From positions 608,001 to 672,000 of the forward strand of contig CBDEUS010000001.1 of the NCBI GenBank assembly GCA_965243395.1: a stretch of DNA of 64,000 nt. Reading direction: 5' to 3'. Below are positions 39,321 through 50,182 of the stretch, one piece after another. The notes beneath the pieces are model-generated. The model worked only from the letters and a program-made list of their open reading frames with translations, was not told where the DNA came from and searched no databases. This DNA is from Gammaproteobacteria bacterium. Its GTDB lineage: Bacteria; Pseudomonadota; Gammaproteobacteria; UBA4575. How positions within the stretch are numbered: position 1 is the first letter of the stretch; each line of letters opens with the position of its first letter. The position numbers and the translations under genes were made by a program.

Positions 39321-42077
39321 TCAAGCGGCTTCTAATTTTAGTGCGCAGAATTTAAATTCTGGTATTTTCCCAAACGGGTCCAAAGCTTCATTTGTGAGAA
39401 GATTAGCTGCCGCTTCACGGTAGCAAAATGGCATGTAGACTTGGCCTGGGTTTACACCATGTTCTTCTCGAGCAAAACATTCCACTTCACCGCGCCTTGA
39501 GGAAAGTTTAATTTTATCGCCTACTTTCAGGCCAAGCTTTGCTAAATCACTTGGATTGATACTTGCAACGGGCACAGGTTCTATTGCATCTAACATACTT
39601 GCGCGACGCGTCATCGCACCAGTATGCCAATGTTCTAACTGACGCCCTGTAACTAATACGAAAGGAAACTCTTCATCTGGTAACTCATCAGCATTAGTGA
39701 ATTCCGCAGGGACAAATTTTCCGCGACCATTCTCGGTAGGGAAATCTTCCGTAAAAATGACGCTTTGGCCTGGATCATTTTCCTCTTCACAAGGATAGGT
39801 GATGGAGTGTTGCTGCTCTAAGCGGTCCCAAGTCATGCCTTTTATGCTGTCCATTCCCTGGCGCATTTCATCAAACACTTCTGATGGATAGTGATATTTC
39901 CAATCCGTTAATCCCATTCGAAGCGCAATTTCCTGAATAATCCACAAGTCTTGCTTGGCTTCTCCAGGTGGCATCAGCGCTTGCCTGCCTAATTGCACGC
40001 GTCGATCTGTATTGGTGAAGGTTCCGGTTTTTTCTGGAAATGCCGAGGCGGGTAATATGACATCAGCAAACCAGGCGGTTTCGGTCATAAAAATTTCTTG
40101 AACGACTAAGTGTTTGAGTGAAGCTAACGCTTTGCGTGCATGATTCAAATTGGGATCAGACATAGCCGGGTTTTCACCCATAACATACATACCGTGTAAT
40201 TTATCATCTGAAATAGCGTGCATGATTTCAACTACTGTTAAACCTGGCTTATCATCTAGTTCAGTATCCCAAAGCTTTTCGAAGCGAGCATGTGCTTCAG
40301 GACTATCTACGCGCTGATAGTCAGGAAATACCATAGGAATAAGTCCAACGTCTGAAGCACCTTGAACATTATTTTGGCCACGCAAAGGGTGTAATCCAGT
40401 TCCAGGTTTGCCAATTTGCCCTGTCATCATTGATAGCGCGATTAAACATCGTGCATTGTCGGTACCGTGAATATGTTGAGAAACGCCCATACCCCAAAAT
40501 ATTATCGATGCTTTAGAGCTTGCATATATTTTTGCTACTTCATGCAGTGTTGCCGCAGGGATACCGCAAATGTTTTCTACTTTTTCTGGTGAATATTTAA
40601 GAATGTGTTTTGCAAATGGCGCAAATTCCTCGGTACGATTTTTTATGAAGTCTTTATCAAGCAAGTCTTGTTTGATGATGGAATGCATAATGCCATTTAG
40701 CATGGCAACATCGGTATCCGGTTTAAACTGTAAGAAATAATCGGCATGTCGCGCTAAATCGGTACGGCGTGGATCCATGACAATGAGTTTTGCACCATTA
40801 TGTTTTGCATTTTTCATGAAGGTGGCTGCAACAGGATGATTTTCTGTTGCATTGGACCCAATTACGACGATTACTTCTGCTTGGGCTACATCTTCAACCG
40901 GGTTAGATACGGCACCTGAACCAATGCCTTCTAATAAAGCAACAACAGATGATGCGTGACATAATCGTGTGCAGTGATCAACGTTATTTGTTTTGAATCC
41001 TGTACGAACGAGCTTTTGGAATAAATAAGCTTCTTCATTAGAACCTTTTGCCGAACCAAAACCAGCAAGTGCGTTGGGCCCATGTTCATCGCGTATATTA
41101 GATAAACCTTTTGCAGCAAAATCTAATGCTTTCTCCCATGTGACTTTATGAAAATATTTATCGATGTCTTTGTAAGTAAGTTTGTCTAAATTATCTAAAT
41201 ATTTTGGTGTACCTTCCTTGCGAATTAATGGTGTTGTTAATCGTCCCGCATGATGAACATAATCAAAACCATATCGACCTTTTACACATAAGCGACTTTT
41301 ATTTGCGGGACCGTCACGACCGTCCACATAAATAATTTTTTCATCCTTGATGTTGTAGGTAAGCAAACAACCTACGCCACAGTATGGACATGTTGATTCA
41401 ACTTGACGGTCCGGTTGTAACATCCCTAGCTGGTTTGATGGCATTAGTGCGCCAGTAGGGCAGGCTTGAACGCATTCGCCACAGGCTACGCAAGTGCTAT
41501 CGCCCATTGGGTCTTGTATATCAAATACAATTTCTGAATGAGAACCGCGATTCGCGTAACCGATGACATCGTTATTTTGCACTTCTCTGCAAGCGCGCAC
41601 ACAACGTGTACATTGAATACATGCATCTAGATTGACTGCAATAGCTGGGTGAGATAAATCTTGCTCAGGGTTTTCGCGAGATTCAAATCTCGGCAATCCG
41701 ATTTCAAGTTTTTTTGACCAAAGATCTAATTCACTATTTAGCGTGTACTCACTCTCGGCCATATCTGACTGCAGTAGTTCTAACACCATCTTTTGTGAGT
41801 GTGTTACACGATCATTTTCAGTATGAACTACCATGCCTTCTGTTGGCGTGCGAACGCACGAAGGTTGTAAAACACGTTCACCTTCAATTTCAACCATGCA
41901 TGCACGACAATTGCCATCAGCACGCATACCAGGTTTATAGCACAAGTGAGGAATATCAATACCGTGCTGTTTGGCAGCTTCTAGAATACTTTCATTTTCA
42001 TATGCAGTAATTTCTTCACCATTAAGTGAAAATTTTACAGTTTTGAATTCTTGTAATTGTTCTGGATTTGCAGCCAT
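39321..42077 (-). CDS. NAD-dependent formate dehydrogenase alpha subunit (Mo/W-bis-PGD, Cys ligand)
   Basis: N-terminal 2Fe-2S and 4Fe-4S motifs, CPYCGVGC, DHCTRLCHASS, PLRGQNNVQG, TGRQLEHWH, PEFKFCA. Confidence 0.95.
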   Translation of the reverse strand: MAANPEQLQEFKTVKFSLNGEEITAYENESILEAAKQHGIDIPHLCYKPGMRADGNCRACMVEIEGERVLQPSCVRTPTEGMVVHTENDRVTHSQKMVLELLQSDMAESEYTLNSELDLWSKKLEIGLPRFESRENPEQDLSHPAIAVNLDACIQCTRCVRACREVQNNDVIGYANRGSHSEIVFDIQDPMGDSTCVACGECVQACPTGALMPSNQLGMLQPDRQVESTCPYCGVGCLLTYNIKDEKIIYVDGRDGPANKSRLCVKGRYGFDYVHHAGRLTTPLIRKEGTPKYLDNLDKLTYKDIDKYFHKVTWEKALDFAAKGLSNIRDEHGPNALAGFGSAKGSNEEAYLFQKLVRTGFKTNNVDHCTRLCHASSVVALLEGIGSGAVSNPVEDVAQAEVIVVIGSNATENHPVAATFMKNAKHNGAKLIVMDPRRTDLARHADYFLQFKPDTDVAMLNGIMHSIIKQDLLDKDFIKNRTEEFAPFAKHILKYSPEKVENICGIPAATLHEVAKIYASSKASIIFWGMGVSQHIHGTDNARCLIALSMMTGQIGKPGTGLHPLRGQNNVQGASDVGLIPMVFPDYQRVDSPEAHARFEKLWDTELDDKPGLTVVEIMHAISDDKLHGMYVMGENPAMSDPNLNHARKALASLKHLVVQEIFMTETAWFADVILPASAFPEKTGTFTNTDRRVQLGRQALMPPGEAKQDLWIIQEIALRMGLTDWKYHYPSEVFDEMRQGMDSIKGMTWDRLEQQHSITYPCEEENDPGQSVIFTEDFPTENGRGKFVPAEFTNADELPDEEFPFVLVTGRQLEHWHTGAMTRRASMLDAIEPVPVASINPSDLAKLGLKVGDKIKLSSRRGEVECFAREEHGVNPGQVYMPFCYREAAANLLTNEALDPFGKIPEFKFCALKLEAA

Positions 42078-42127
42078 CTATATGTACTCCAACATTCCTT
42101 ATTTGTTTAGCCTATATTTAAATACTT

Positions 42128-43804
42128 CTAATTTAATTCTTCTGGAAAATATTTCATAACACATGTCATAGGATTTGAGGCTGCTTGGCCAAGACCGCAA
42201 ATAGATGCATCAGACATTGTTTGTGAAAGTTCTTGCATTAGCGGTTGGTCCCAACTGGATTTTTTCATCAACATGGCCGCTTTCGAAGTGCCTACTCGAC
42301 ACGGAGTACACTTTCCACATGATTCGTGCGCAAAAAATTCCATTGCATTGCGTGCAAGGCCTCTTGCATTATCTTTGTCAGAAAAAATAATAATCGCTGC
42401 AGAGCCTATAAAACATCCATATTCATTTAAGGTATCAAAATCTAAGGGAATGTCTCCCATAGATGCAGGCAAAATACCTCCAGAAGCGCCGCCAGGAAAA
42501 TAGCCATAAAACTCATGGCCGTCTAACATTCCTCCGCAATGCTCATCAATTAACTCTTTTATTGTAATACCAGCATCTGTTACATAAACACCAGGTTTTT
42601 TCACGCGCCCACTTACTGAAAATGAACGCAGTCCTTTTCTTTCGTTACGTCCGTGAGAAGTAAACCAGTCTGCACCTTTTTCAATAATGTCACGCACCCA
42701 AAATAATGTCTCAAGGTTATGTTCGAGAGTGGGGCGTCCAAAAACGCCTACTTCAGCCACAAATGGTGGGCGTAAACGTGGCATGCCTCGTTTGCCTTCA
42801 ATGGATTCAATCATTGCCGACTCTTCACCACATATATAGGCGCCCGCTCCACGTCGTAATTCTATATGCGGTAATCGTAGTGGAGGATCTTTTTTCAATT
42901 CGTCTAATTCATGCAACAGCATTGTGTAACAGCCTTGATATTCATCTCGAAGATAAATATATATTTCATCAATACCGACAACTTGAGCTGCAATTAATGC
43001 GCCTTCTATAAAACGATGCGGGTCTTTTTCTAAAAAATATCGGTCTTTAAATGTACCTGGTTCACCTTCATCGATATTCACGGCAAGTACACGAGGTCCG
43101 GGATAGCTTTTAACAATTTCCCATTTTTGTCCTGCGGGAAAACCGGCTCCTCCTAATCCACGAAGACCCGAGTCCTTCATTATCGAAATAATTTTTTCAG
43201 CAGAATCGGAACTATCAAAAGATCGTTTAAGTAATTCATACCCACCACTGTTTACATATTTGTTATAAGTAATGTAATCAGATACTGGGGCTTCAATTTC
43301 GCCTTTATCTACAGCTTCACAAACAGTTTCTAAGGTTGCATTTGAAATTGGGTTTTTACCAACAACTGCGATCGGTGCTTCCGCGCATCTCCCTACACAT
43401 GGCACACGTTGTATACGTACATCTTTTTTATAAAAATTTTGTAACTCGCGCACTAAGGTTTCTGCATTATTCATTTCGCAACTAATCGAGTCACAAACAC
43501 GAACAGTCAGGTTTTCGGGAGGAGATTGATTTTCTTTTATGACATCAAAATGGTGATAGAACGTAGCGACCTCAAATATTTCTGTTGTGGATAACTTCAT
43601 TTCACTCGCAAGTGCAGTGATATGTTCGGCAGAAATATGACCATATTTATCTTGTATTAAATGCAAGTACTCAATTAACAAGTCTCGTCTCAGAGGCAAT
43701 GGTGCAATTAATTCACGAATTTGGTTCAAAGCTTCCAGGTCAACACGCCGACCACGCTTTTCACCTCGCATCTTATTGCGTTTACGTGAAACTGTTTTTT
43801 CCAT
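42128..43804 (-). CDS. Formate dehydrogenase beta subunit (NuoE-NuoF fusion, FMN/NAD-binding; Fdh1B-like)
   Basis: EVATFY, CDSISC, CVGRC, GLRGLGGAGFPAG, DEGEPGTFKDR, GAYICGEE, ESCGKCTPCR, CGLGQ. Confidence 0.92.
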   Translation of the reverse strand: MEKTVSRKRNKMRGEKRGRRVDLEALNQIRELIAPLPLRRDLLIEYLHLIQDKYGHISAEHITALASEMKLSTTEIFEVATFYHHFDVIKENQSPPENLTVRVCDSISCEMNNAETLVRELQNFYKKDVRIQRVPCVGRCAEAPIAVVGKNPISNATLETVCEAVDKGEIEAPVSDYITYNKYVNSGGYELLKRSFDSSDSAEKIISIMKDSGLRGLGGAGFPAGQKWEIVKSYPGPRVLAVNIDEGEPGTFKDRYFLEKDPHRFIEGALIAAQVVGIDEIYIYLRDEYQGCYTMLLHELDELKKDPPLRLPHIELRRGAGAYICGEESAMIESIEGKRGMPRLRPPFVAEVGVFGRPTLEHNLETLFWVRDIIEKGADWFTSHGRNERKGLRSFSVSGRVKKPGVYVTDAGITIKELIDEHCGGMLDGHEFYGYFPGGASGGILPASMGDIPLDFDTLNEYGCFIGSAAIIIFSDKDNARGLARNAMEFFAHESCGKCTPCRVGTSKAAMLMKKSSWDQPLMQELSQTMSDASICGLGQAASNPMTCVMKYFPEELN

Positions 43805-43897
43805 TTTTTCAAAAAATCCTAAATATTTATGCTGAATATAGTTTAAGGGCTGAGCTAAAAAAAGCGTATATACCTAAATATTAATGATTATTCTTAT

Positions 43898-44734
43898 TTA
43901 CCCAATCCAAATTAGCATTTCCCCTTGTCCACCTACCGCTGTATCCCCTAAGTATCGTTGCACTCTACGTCGCATTGGGTGTAAGGATTGAAAAGTACTT
44001 TCGAAACTCCTCAATTCATGGAGTAAAAGAGTCAAATAACCTAAATTATGACGCCCACAATCTCTGAACCCTGAAATTACATCTTTTGGCTTATGAGGTA
44101 GCAAAATAGTACCTCTGCGCATACCTACACCTACTTGTTTGCCAATGGTGCCTAAATTGGCAATCGTGCCCGCAATCATCCTGCTCGCACAGTAATCGCC
44201 AATATTTCCCACTACCATTATGATTCCGCGTCGTAACAAGTCGCCAGTAAAATTGTTGCTATTACCATGAACAAGGATTGTTCCTCCTGACATGCCTTTT
44301 TTATTGCCAGCTTTAGCTCCTCCTAAGTAATCACCCGCATTTTTACTTATCTCAATTGTCCCACTCGACATTTCACAACCTGCAAAATCTTTAACATTAC
44401 CTTGGATATTTAATTTTCCACCTTTCAATTCCGAACCAGCATAGTGTCCAACATCACCCTCAACAATAAGTTGAACGTTTTTAGGTAAGGCAGTACCCAT
44501 GTAATCCATTTTAGAATTTGAATTTTCAAATTTAATGACCTGGTTAGAAAATTTTCCCTCGATAGTAAACAATTCACCGACTGTTGATACTTCGCTACCA
44601 ATATTCAGAGGTAAGTTTTTAGTTTCTTCGTCACTGCTCGCATCGAATATTGCTTTGCTGAGCCAACGCATATCTAAACGTTGAGACAAATTTGTATTCG
44701 AAGTGTCTTTAAATGTAACGGTTGTATGATTCAT
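43898..44734 (-). CDS. fhcC: Formyltransferase/hydrolase complex subunit C
   Basis: GXGXG beta-helix repeats; RMIAGT, GMRRGT, GDTAVGGQGE. Confidence 0.9.
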   Translation of the reverse strand: MNHTTVTFKDTSNTNLSQRLDMRWLSKAIFDASSDEETKNLPLNIGSEVSTVGELFTIEGKFSNQVIKFENSNSKMDYMGTALPKNVQLIVEGDVGHYAGSELKGGKLNIQGNVKDFAGCEMSSGTIEISKNAGDYLGGAKAGNKKGMSGGTILVHGNSNNFTGDLLRRGIIMVVGNIGDYCASRMIAGTIANLGTIGKQVGVGMRRGTILLPHKPKDVISGFRDCGRHNLGYLTLLLHELRSFESTFQSLHPMRRRVQRYLGDTAVGGQGEMLIWIG

Positions 44735-45626
44735 TCATTATTTCTCTTAAATGAAAATGATGTGGTCCTAACTTGCCTCCATAATTACCACCGGTAATTT
44801 TCTCGATACCCTGAGATTTGCCGAGGTCGCAAATTGCTTCAATGCCGCGATACATAGCTAACGTGACATCTTCTTTTGTTAAACCATCTATAACTATTTC
44901 CATTGCTGCTTCTATATTTTTACCTAAGACATTGTCAGGGCGGCCTTTTAGTGTGGGGCAGTAAGGATGATTTGTAGATGCATTCAAAAATTTGTATTTA
45001 GATCCCACTTTAGATCCCGAACGAACACCGCCTCCAGGGAAAGGCATAATAATATTGGGCAACATGCTGATCGCATCAATTGCAGCTTCGCATGCGAGCA
45101 AAGCATGAGATATCCCGCGCGCAAAAACTAAAATGTTTCCCCCGCCGATTGCTTTTTGATATCCAGTGCTTTCTGCACATAAAAATTCGCCATCCATTAC
45201 AGGGATGCGCCAAAATCTTTTATCACCAATTTTCTTAGAAGTTTGAAAACCGTCACCGAAATAGCGGATATTGGTTCCTAATGCAATTTGATCATCACCT
45301 TCCATGCCAGAAAAAACTGCAGTGGTGGGGCAGGTAAGCACACATTGACCTATGCGCGTTTGTAATTGTTTTTCGAGTGTTTTTTTATCCGTTGAAAAAA
45401 GTAACACTGAAACACCAGGTCTGCCATCAGGTGTTTCATGATTACCAATGACTTTTTCGATTCCCGCTTCTACGCCACACCCGATTACAGAAGTCGCAAA
45501 CCCGGTCATGGTTTCGGCAGCATGTCGTGCCCATTTGTAGTTAATGGCCGTGATAATCACGCGTGTTGCACGCATAGAAAATGCTTCAGCAAAGGTATCT
45601 TCTATTTCTACACCATTAATTATCAT
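44709..45626 (-). CDS. fhcD: Formylmethanofuran:H4MPT formyltransferase
   Basis: IEDTFAEAF, GFATSVIGCG.EAG, TPDGRPG, QCVLTCPTT, RSGSK, GNYGGKLG. Confidence 0.96.
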   Translation of the reverse strand: MIINGVEIEDTFAEAFSMRATRVIITAINYKWARHAAETMTGFATSVIGCGVEAGIEKVIGNHETPDGRPGVSVLLFSTDKKTLEKQLQTRIGQCVLTCPTTAVFSGMEGDDQIALGTNIRYFGDGFQTSKKIGDKRFWRIPVMDGEFLCAESTGYQKAIGGGNILVFARGISHALLACEAAIDAISMLPNIIMPFPGGGVRSGSKVGSKYKFLNASTNHPYCPTLKGRPDNVLGKNIEAAMEIVIDGLTKEDVTLAMYRGIEAICDLGKSQGIEKITGGNYGGKLGPHHFHLREIMNESYNRYI

Positions 45627-45643
45627 TTTTATTATTAGGCTTT

Positions 45644-47287
45644 TTAGTCTATTTCTATTTCACTACCGATGCATTCTACCATTTCATCATTTGAGATCTT
45701 AAAGTTATCTAAAGAAATTGTCTGATAATCATCAAAATATTTTTTTAAGGGTTTTTCGATAGCCTGGTCATATTCCGGTTTAGCTACATGTGTTACGCCT
45801 TGTACGGTTTTGACAATTTCTCCATCTTTTACAATTAATGTTCCGTTTTTAAACACATATGCAGGCTTGGCAAACATTTGTTCTATGTCGTCTTGTTTGC
45901 GATAAACTGTGATATTGGCATTTGCTCCTTCACCCAGATGCCCATGATTCTTAAGCCCTAGTATTTTGGCGGGCGCAGCGCGTGTCATGATGGCAATTTC
46001 GTAAAGCGAATACTCGCGATCCATTGATTTTAAATTTGAAACTTGTTGTGCATCGGAATGGACGATATTGAAAACATCATTTCGAAAAGAGCGATTCATT
46101 AAAAGTTTGATTAAATGCGGGTAACTCGAAAAAGGCGCCCCGTTAGGATGGTCAGTGGTTAAGAATACTCGCCATGGATCATCGACTTGTAGAAATATCT
46201 CTAACCCAATTGCCCATTGCAATGCATTTACAAAACTTTTATCGCGATACTTAAATGGGGTCACTCCACAACCGGCTTCACATTCGATATCCATCACTGT
46301 CCATTTTTTAGGGGATGCATGATCATGCCCAAAATACTGCATCATGGTATCGCCAGAGGTGGTAATAGTTTGTCCAAACATAATTTGACCAACATCCGCC
46401 GTTACATTTTTATTTTTATTTATGGCGTCAGCAATTTCACAAGCTGCAGATGAAAATTTGTGATCACCTTCGGTTCCATAACTATGAAACTGTATATGTG
46501 TAATATGTACGGGTAGTCCATCTGCTGCCGAAATGGTTGCTAAGGTAGATTCAAAGTTGCCGGGAACGCCTAAATTACTAGCATGCACATGGAGTGGATG
46601 TGCAATACCGAGATCATGCACTGCTTTACTTAATTTCGTAATAATATCTCGTGGTTTGATACCAGTTGGACCTGTTTCATCAACATCGAGGCGACGTTGA
46701 TTATATTTAAATGCATGAATCCCTCCTGCATTCACGACTTTTATGCCAATACATTGAGTAGCATCTAGTATCCATGCAACGTAATCATTAATTGCGCTCT
46801 GAGTAGCACCTTCATGAATCATATTTAATAAAAAATCATCGTTACCTAGAAGTACGTAACCTCCTTTGTCCACCATGGGAGTATCGGCCATTTCCATATG
46901 TGCTTGCCTTGCATTAACAGCAAGCACGGCAGGTTCAAAACAAGCGGTGTAACCCATTTCTGCGTAACGATAACCTGTAGTGAAAGATGAAGGTACGATA
47001 TGGCCATTGCCCGTGCGACATATTTCAGAGCCACCATCTGGGTGCAGATGTGCATCTTCCAACATCATAGTTCGGGCAATATTAACTTTGCCGCCACCAA
47101 TATGTGTATGTATATCAATTGCACCAGCCATAACGATGCAGTCATCAAGCTTATAGGTTTGTTCTAACTTATCGTTATCCGATAAATTATTTTTAATTTT
47201 TTCATCGACAATATATAGATCTTTTCTTTCACCATTTATTTGATGAGCCGGATCATAAATTTCAGCGCCAGAAAGTTTAATAGCCAT
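45644..47287 (-). CDS. fhcA: Formyltransferase/hydrolase complex subunit A (amidohydrolase)
   Basis: DIHTHIGGGK, IKVVNAGG, HVHASNLG, HIQFHSYG, TTDHPNG, MTRAAPA. Confidence 0.95.
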   Translation of the reverse strand: MAIKLSGAEIYDPAHQINGERKDLYIVDEKIKNNLSDNDKLEQTYKLDDCIVMAGAIDIHTHIGGGKVNIARTMMLEDAHLHPDGGSEICRTGNGHIVPSSFTTGYRYAEMGYTACFEPAVLAVNARQAHMEMADTPMVDKGGYVLLGNDDFLLNMIHEGATQSAINDYVAWILDATQCIGIKVVNAGGIHAFKYNQRRLDVDETGPTGIKPRDIITKLSKAVHDLGIAHPLHVHASNLGVPGNFESTLATISAADGLPVHITHIQFHSYGTEGDHKFSSAACEIADAINKNKNVTADVGQIMFGQTITTSGDTMMQYFGHDHASPKKWTVMDIECEAGCGVTPFKYRDKSFVNALQWAIGLEIFLQVDDPWRVFLTTDHPNGAPFSSYPHLIKLLMNRSFRNDVFNIVHSDAQQVSNLKSMDREYSLYEIAIMTRAAPAKILGLKNHGHLGEGANANITVYRKQDDIEQMFAKPAYVFKNGTLIVKDGEIVKTVQGVTHVAKPEYDQAIEKPLKKYFDDYQTISLDNFKISNDEMVECIGSEIEID

Positions 47288-47291
47288 TTGA

Positions 47292-48542
47292 TCAAATAAG
47301 TTTGTATAGTTTTTTTACGAGCACGCTAGCAGAGGATAGTTTGCTATCTCGTAATTTTTTTAATGGTAAGGTGGCTACGCTGTCTGTCCGACAAGCTAAA
47401 CCTCGATGATCAATTCCTGGCACACCCACTGGAATGTAAACATCAGCCTGTTCAAAATTCATTTTTGGATGACCTAAGACTATGGTTGGAATATCAGTAT
47501 CAGGAGGTGCATTATTTGGATTATATGTAGCGATCCACAACAGACAGTCAGTCTCTTGCTTAAGTATCATTTTATTACCATCATAGATAACGGGATCATG
47601 TATAGGTACGCCTTGTGTAAATGAAACAGGCAAAGGTACTCCTGTTTGCCAGGTTGCGACATGATTTGCGGTTACTTCAGCTTTTGAACCACTTAGCGGC
47701 AAACCGATACAACGAACTTGTTTCATTAATAATTTAATTATTTCAGTAAGTGCTTGTACAGTGTGTTCAGCAGATTCCAGTTTAAATTCACTGGTTGTCC
47801 AAATAAGGGTTGTATATTGACTGGAAGAAATTACTTTAAATAATTTTAATAGTTCTTCACTTTCTTTATCGTGATTGGAAATATTTTCTTTTGTAATGAT
47901 CTCTTGGAAGTGATAGATAATTGATTCAAGTAATGGATAATTAAAAAACATATACGTGATGTTTTCTTTTTGTTCACATCTTGTTTTTCCGTCTTCAGAA
48001 ATATCAATTATAAAAATCTTTTTTGACTTAGTGTTTTCATTGCCTAATGTTTTTTCAGGACTTAACACACGCTGTAGTAAACGAGGAAATTTAGTCGTTA
48101 CATTTTTCCCAAAAATAACTACGCAATCGGCTCGGTTCCTAACTTCAGCTAGTGTAGTTCGTACTTCACCAATGCGTTGCATGACTGATGAACTTTTTCG
48201 CATTAATGAGCCACTAGCATGATCAATCACACCGCCCAACTTTTCTGTTAAGGCAAGGGCTTCTCTACAAGTTTGAATGTCAGCAATCAGTCCATTAACC
48301 AATGGTAATTGAGCAGTTTTCAATAGCTCAGCTGCCTTTTCGAGAGCTTGTTCTTCAGAAGCTGGCCTCCCGGCAATCATGGGCTTAGGCAGGTACTCAT
48401 CGTCTAGTGAAGCCTCGGAATAGGCTTGTTTACAAATAGGATCTGCAGGGGTTTTAAGCTGAACAGATAGCCCTGTAACTTCAACAGATAGGTCATCACA
48501 CATCAAACCACAGTGTGGGCAGGTTACCGTTTGAAATTGCAT
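47292..48542 (-). CDS. fhcB: Formyltransferase/hydrolase complex subunit B (degenerate FwdB homologue)
   Basis: CPHCGLMCDDL, TTLAEVRNRAD, WQTGVP, PGIDH; DHASGS where FwdB has the metal-ligand motif TTSVCHG. Confidence 0.9.
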   Translation of the reverse strand: MQFQTVTCPHCGLMCDDLSVEVTGLSVQLKTPADPICKQAYSEASLDDEYLPKPMIAGRPASEEQALEKAAELLKTAQLPLVNGLIADIQTCREALALTEKLGGVIDHASGSLMRKSSSVMQRIGEVRTTLAEVRNRADCVVIFGKNVTTKFPRLLQRVLSPEKTLGNENTKSKKIFIIDISEDGKTRCEQKENITYMFFNYPLLESIIYHFQEIITKENISNHDKESEELLKLFKVISSSQYTTLIWTTSEFKLESAEHTVQALTEIIKLLMKQVRCIGLPLSGSKAEVTANHVATWQTGVPLPVSFTQGVPIHDPVIYDGNKMILKQETDCLLWIATYNPNNAPPDTDIPTIVLGHPKMNFEQADVYIPVGVPGIDHRGLACRTDSVATLPLKKLRDSKLSSASVLVKKLYKLI

Positions 48543-48799
48543 ATCAAATTACATACCTAGCTTAAATCAGGGCAAATGAAAGTGTAGAACAGAATGGATG
48601 GTTTCAGTGTCTAAAATCGCATGATATGCCTTCAGCATACAACCCACACATGCTATATAAATCTGTTATCAAATATACTGTACTAAGAGATGTATCGTCT
48701 GTATCTCAAATTTGACAGATAAAATGATAATTATGAGAAAAATCAATCAAATAGGATGCACTACAAAATGATTAATTACTTATCTAGGAGTCGTTCAGT

Positions 48800-49183
48800 A
48801 TGGCTAAATGGCGAGAAATAAAACCAGAACAAACTTATACGGAAGAACAAATTGAGCAACGCTTAGCCGAAGAGTTACCCAACTGGTATTACGAAAACGG
48901 GTGGATTCGGCGCAAATATAAGACACATAGTTGGAAAGGCACGTTAATCGTGGTGAATACCATCGGTCATTTGGCGGAAGCAGCGTGGCATCATCCAGAT
49001 TTGACTGTTTCCTATGCTTTTGTGATTTGCAAATTGATGAACCACGCAGCAAAAGGTGTGACTAACAAAGATTTCGAATTAGCTCAGAAAATAGAAGAAG
49101 TGGTGATGTGGCAGCCCGGTAAACAAGAGAATGATTTGGAAGGTACGCCAAAAGACCCACGTTTTGCATACATTCAATACTAA
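48800..49183 (+). CDS. Pterin-4a-carbinolamine dehydratase family protein
   Basis: LAEAAWHHPDL, NHAAKGVTNKDFELA; divergent from fhcB. Confidence 0.88.
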   Translation: MAKWREIKPEQTYTEEQIEQRLAEELPNWYYENGWIRRKYKTHSWKGTLIVVNTIGHLAEAAWHHPDLTVSYAFVICKLMNHAAKGVTNKDFELAQKIEEVVMWQPGKQENDLEGTPKDPRFAYIQY

Positions 49184-49228
49184 GTTACAGTATTGCTAAT
49201 GTTTACATAACCTTTTAAATAAAAATTG

Positions 49229-49798
49229 TTAAGTTTTTATTTCAACTAACTGTTTTTGAACTGCTTCAGTAATCACCTTAGGCGGTAAGCCATAGGGAAT
49301 GATATTGGTTACTTCACCTGAAGTGCCGATAACATATAAATTTGAAGTATGGTCCACTGAATAGTGGCCTTCTGAAACATTTCCTTCATAAGAATAAAAT
49401 CCATTAAATTGCTTAACTACTTCATCTATTTCTTTAGATGTTCCTGTTAAGCCAATAAAATTATTACCGAAATATTTCAAGTAGTTGCGTAATATCTCAG
49501 GAGTGTCACGTTCTGGATCTACAGAAATAAAAATGGGTTGTACATGCTTGGCATCTTCATTTAGTTGGGCTAATGCAGTTTGTACGGCGCTTAGAGTATT
49601 TGGGCAAATATCGGGACAATGTGTGAAACCAAAAAATAGCAATATGACTTTGCCGCGCGCATCAACGGATGAATAGGGCTCATTTAATTGAGACGTGAGC
49701 TTAAAATCACCGCCAATTTTGCTTTCCTCTGAAGAAGACAATGCAGGAAGCAAGCCTATTAATAGCAGTAAAACGAGTTGGCGAATTGAATTAATCAT
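49229..49798 (-). CDS. SCO1/SenC copper chaperone
   Basis: FGFTHCPDICP, SVDPERDT, YSVDHT. Confidence 0.93.
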   Translation of the reverse strand: MINSIRQLVLLLLIGLLPALSSSEESKIGGDFKLTSQLNEPYSSVDARGKVILLFFGFTHCPDICPNTLSAVQTALAQLNEDAKHVQPIFISVDPERDTPEILRNYLKYFGNNFIGLTGTSKEIDEVVKQFNGFYSYEGNVSEGHYSVDHTSNLYVIGTSGEVTNIIPYGLPPKVITEAVQKQLVEIKT

Positions 49799-50182
49799 AT
49801 CGAGATTGTTATGTGATCCTTATTTAGTTTGAGCTTCAACCATACTGGCAGTTCCCTTATATATGGTGGCTTTATGCCAATTTTCAATAACAAATACAGT
49901 AACTTATCTAATATTTTACTGAACAAGATAATATGCACCATATTGGGGAGTATTTTCGTCTAGTTTATGTCTAATTAAGTGAGTAGTGCATTGATTTTTA
50001 TGCAAATTAATGTGCAATGATAATTCTTTGATTGGATAACTAGATGCGGCATAATGTCACAATCTATTTTTAACTGATTTGGGTCATTACAAATAATGAG
50101 TCATGAGGCTAGTATGCTTCAAGTTTGAGGATTTTCACGCTAACTATTCAAATCAAATCTATAAATACGGAGTTATAAGATA

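Noticed and set aside
49985-50010. FNR-like box upstream of mtoX (TTGAT-N4-ATGCA)
   Set aside because: The second half-site deviates and the region is very AT-rich; not distinguishable from chance by eye.
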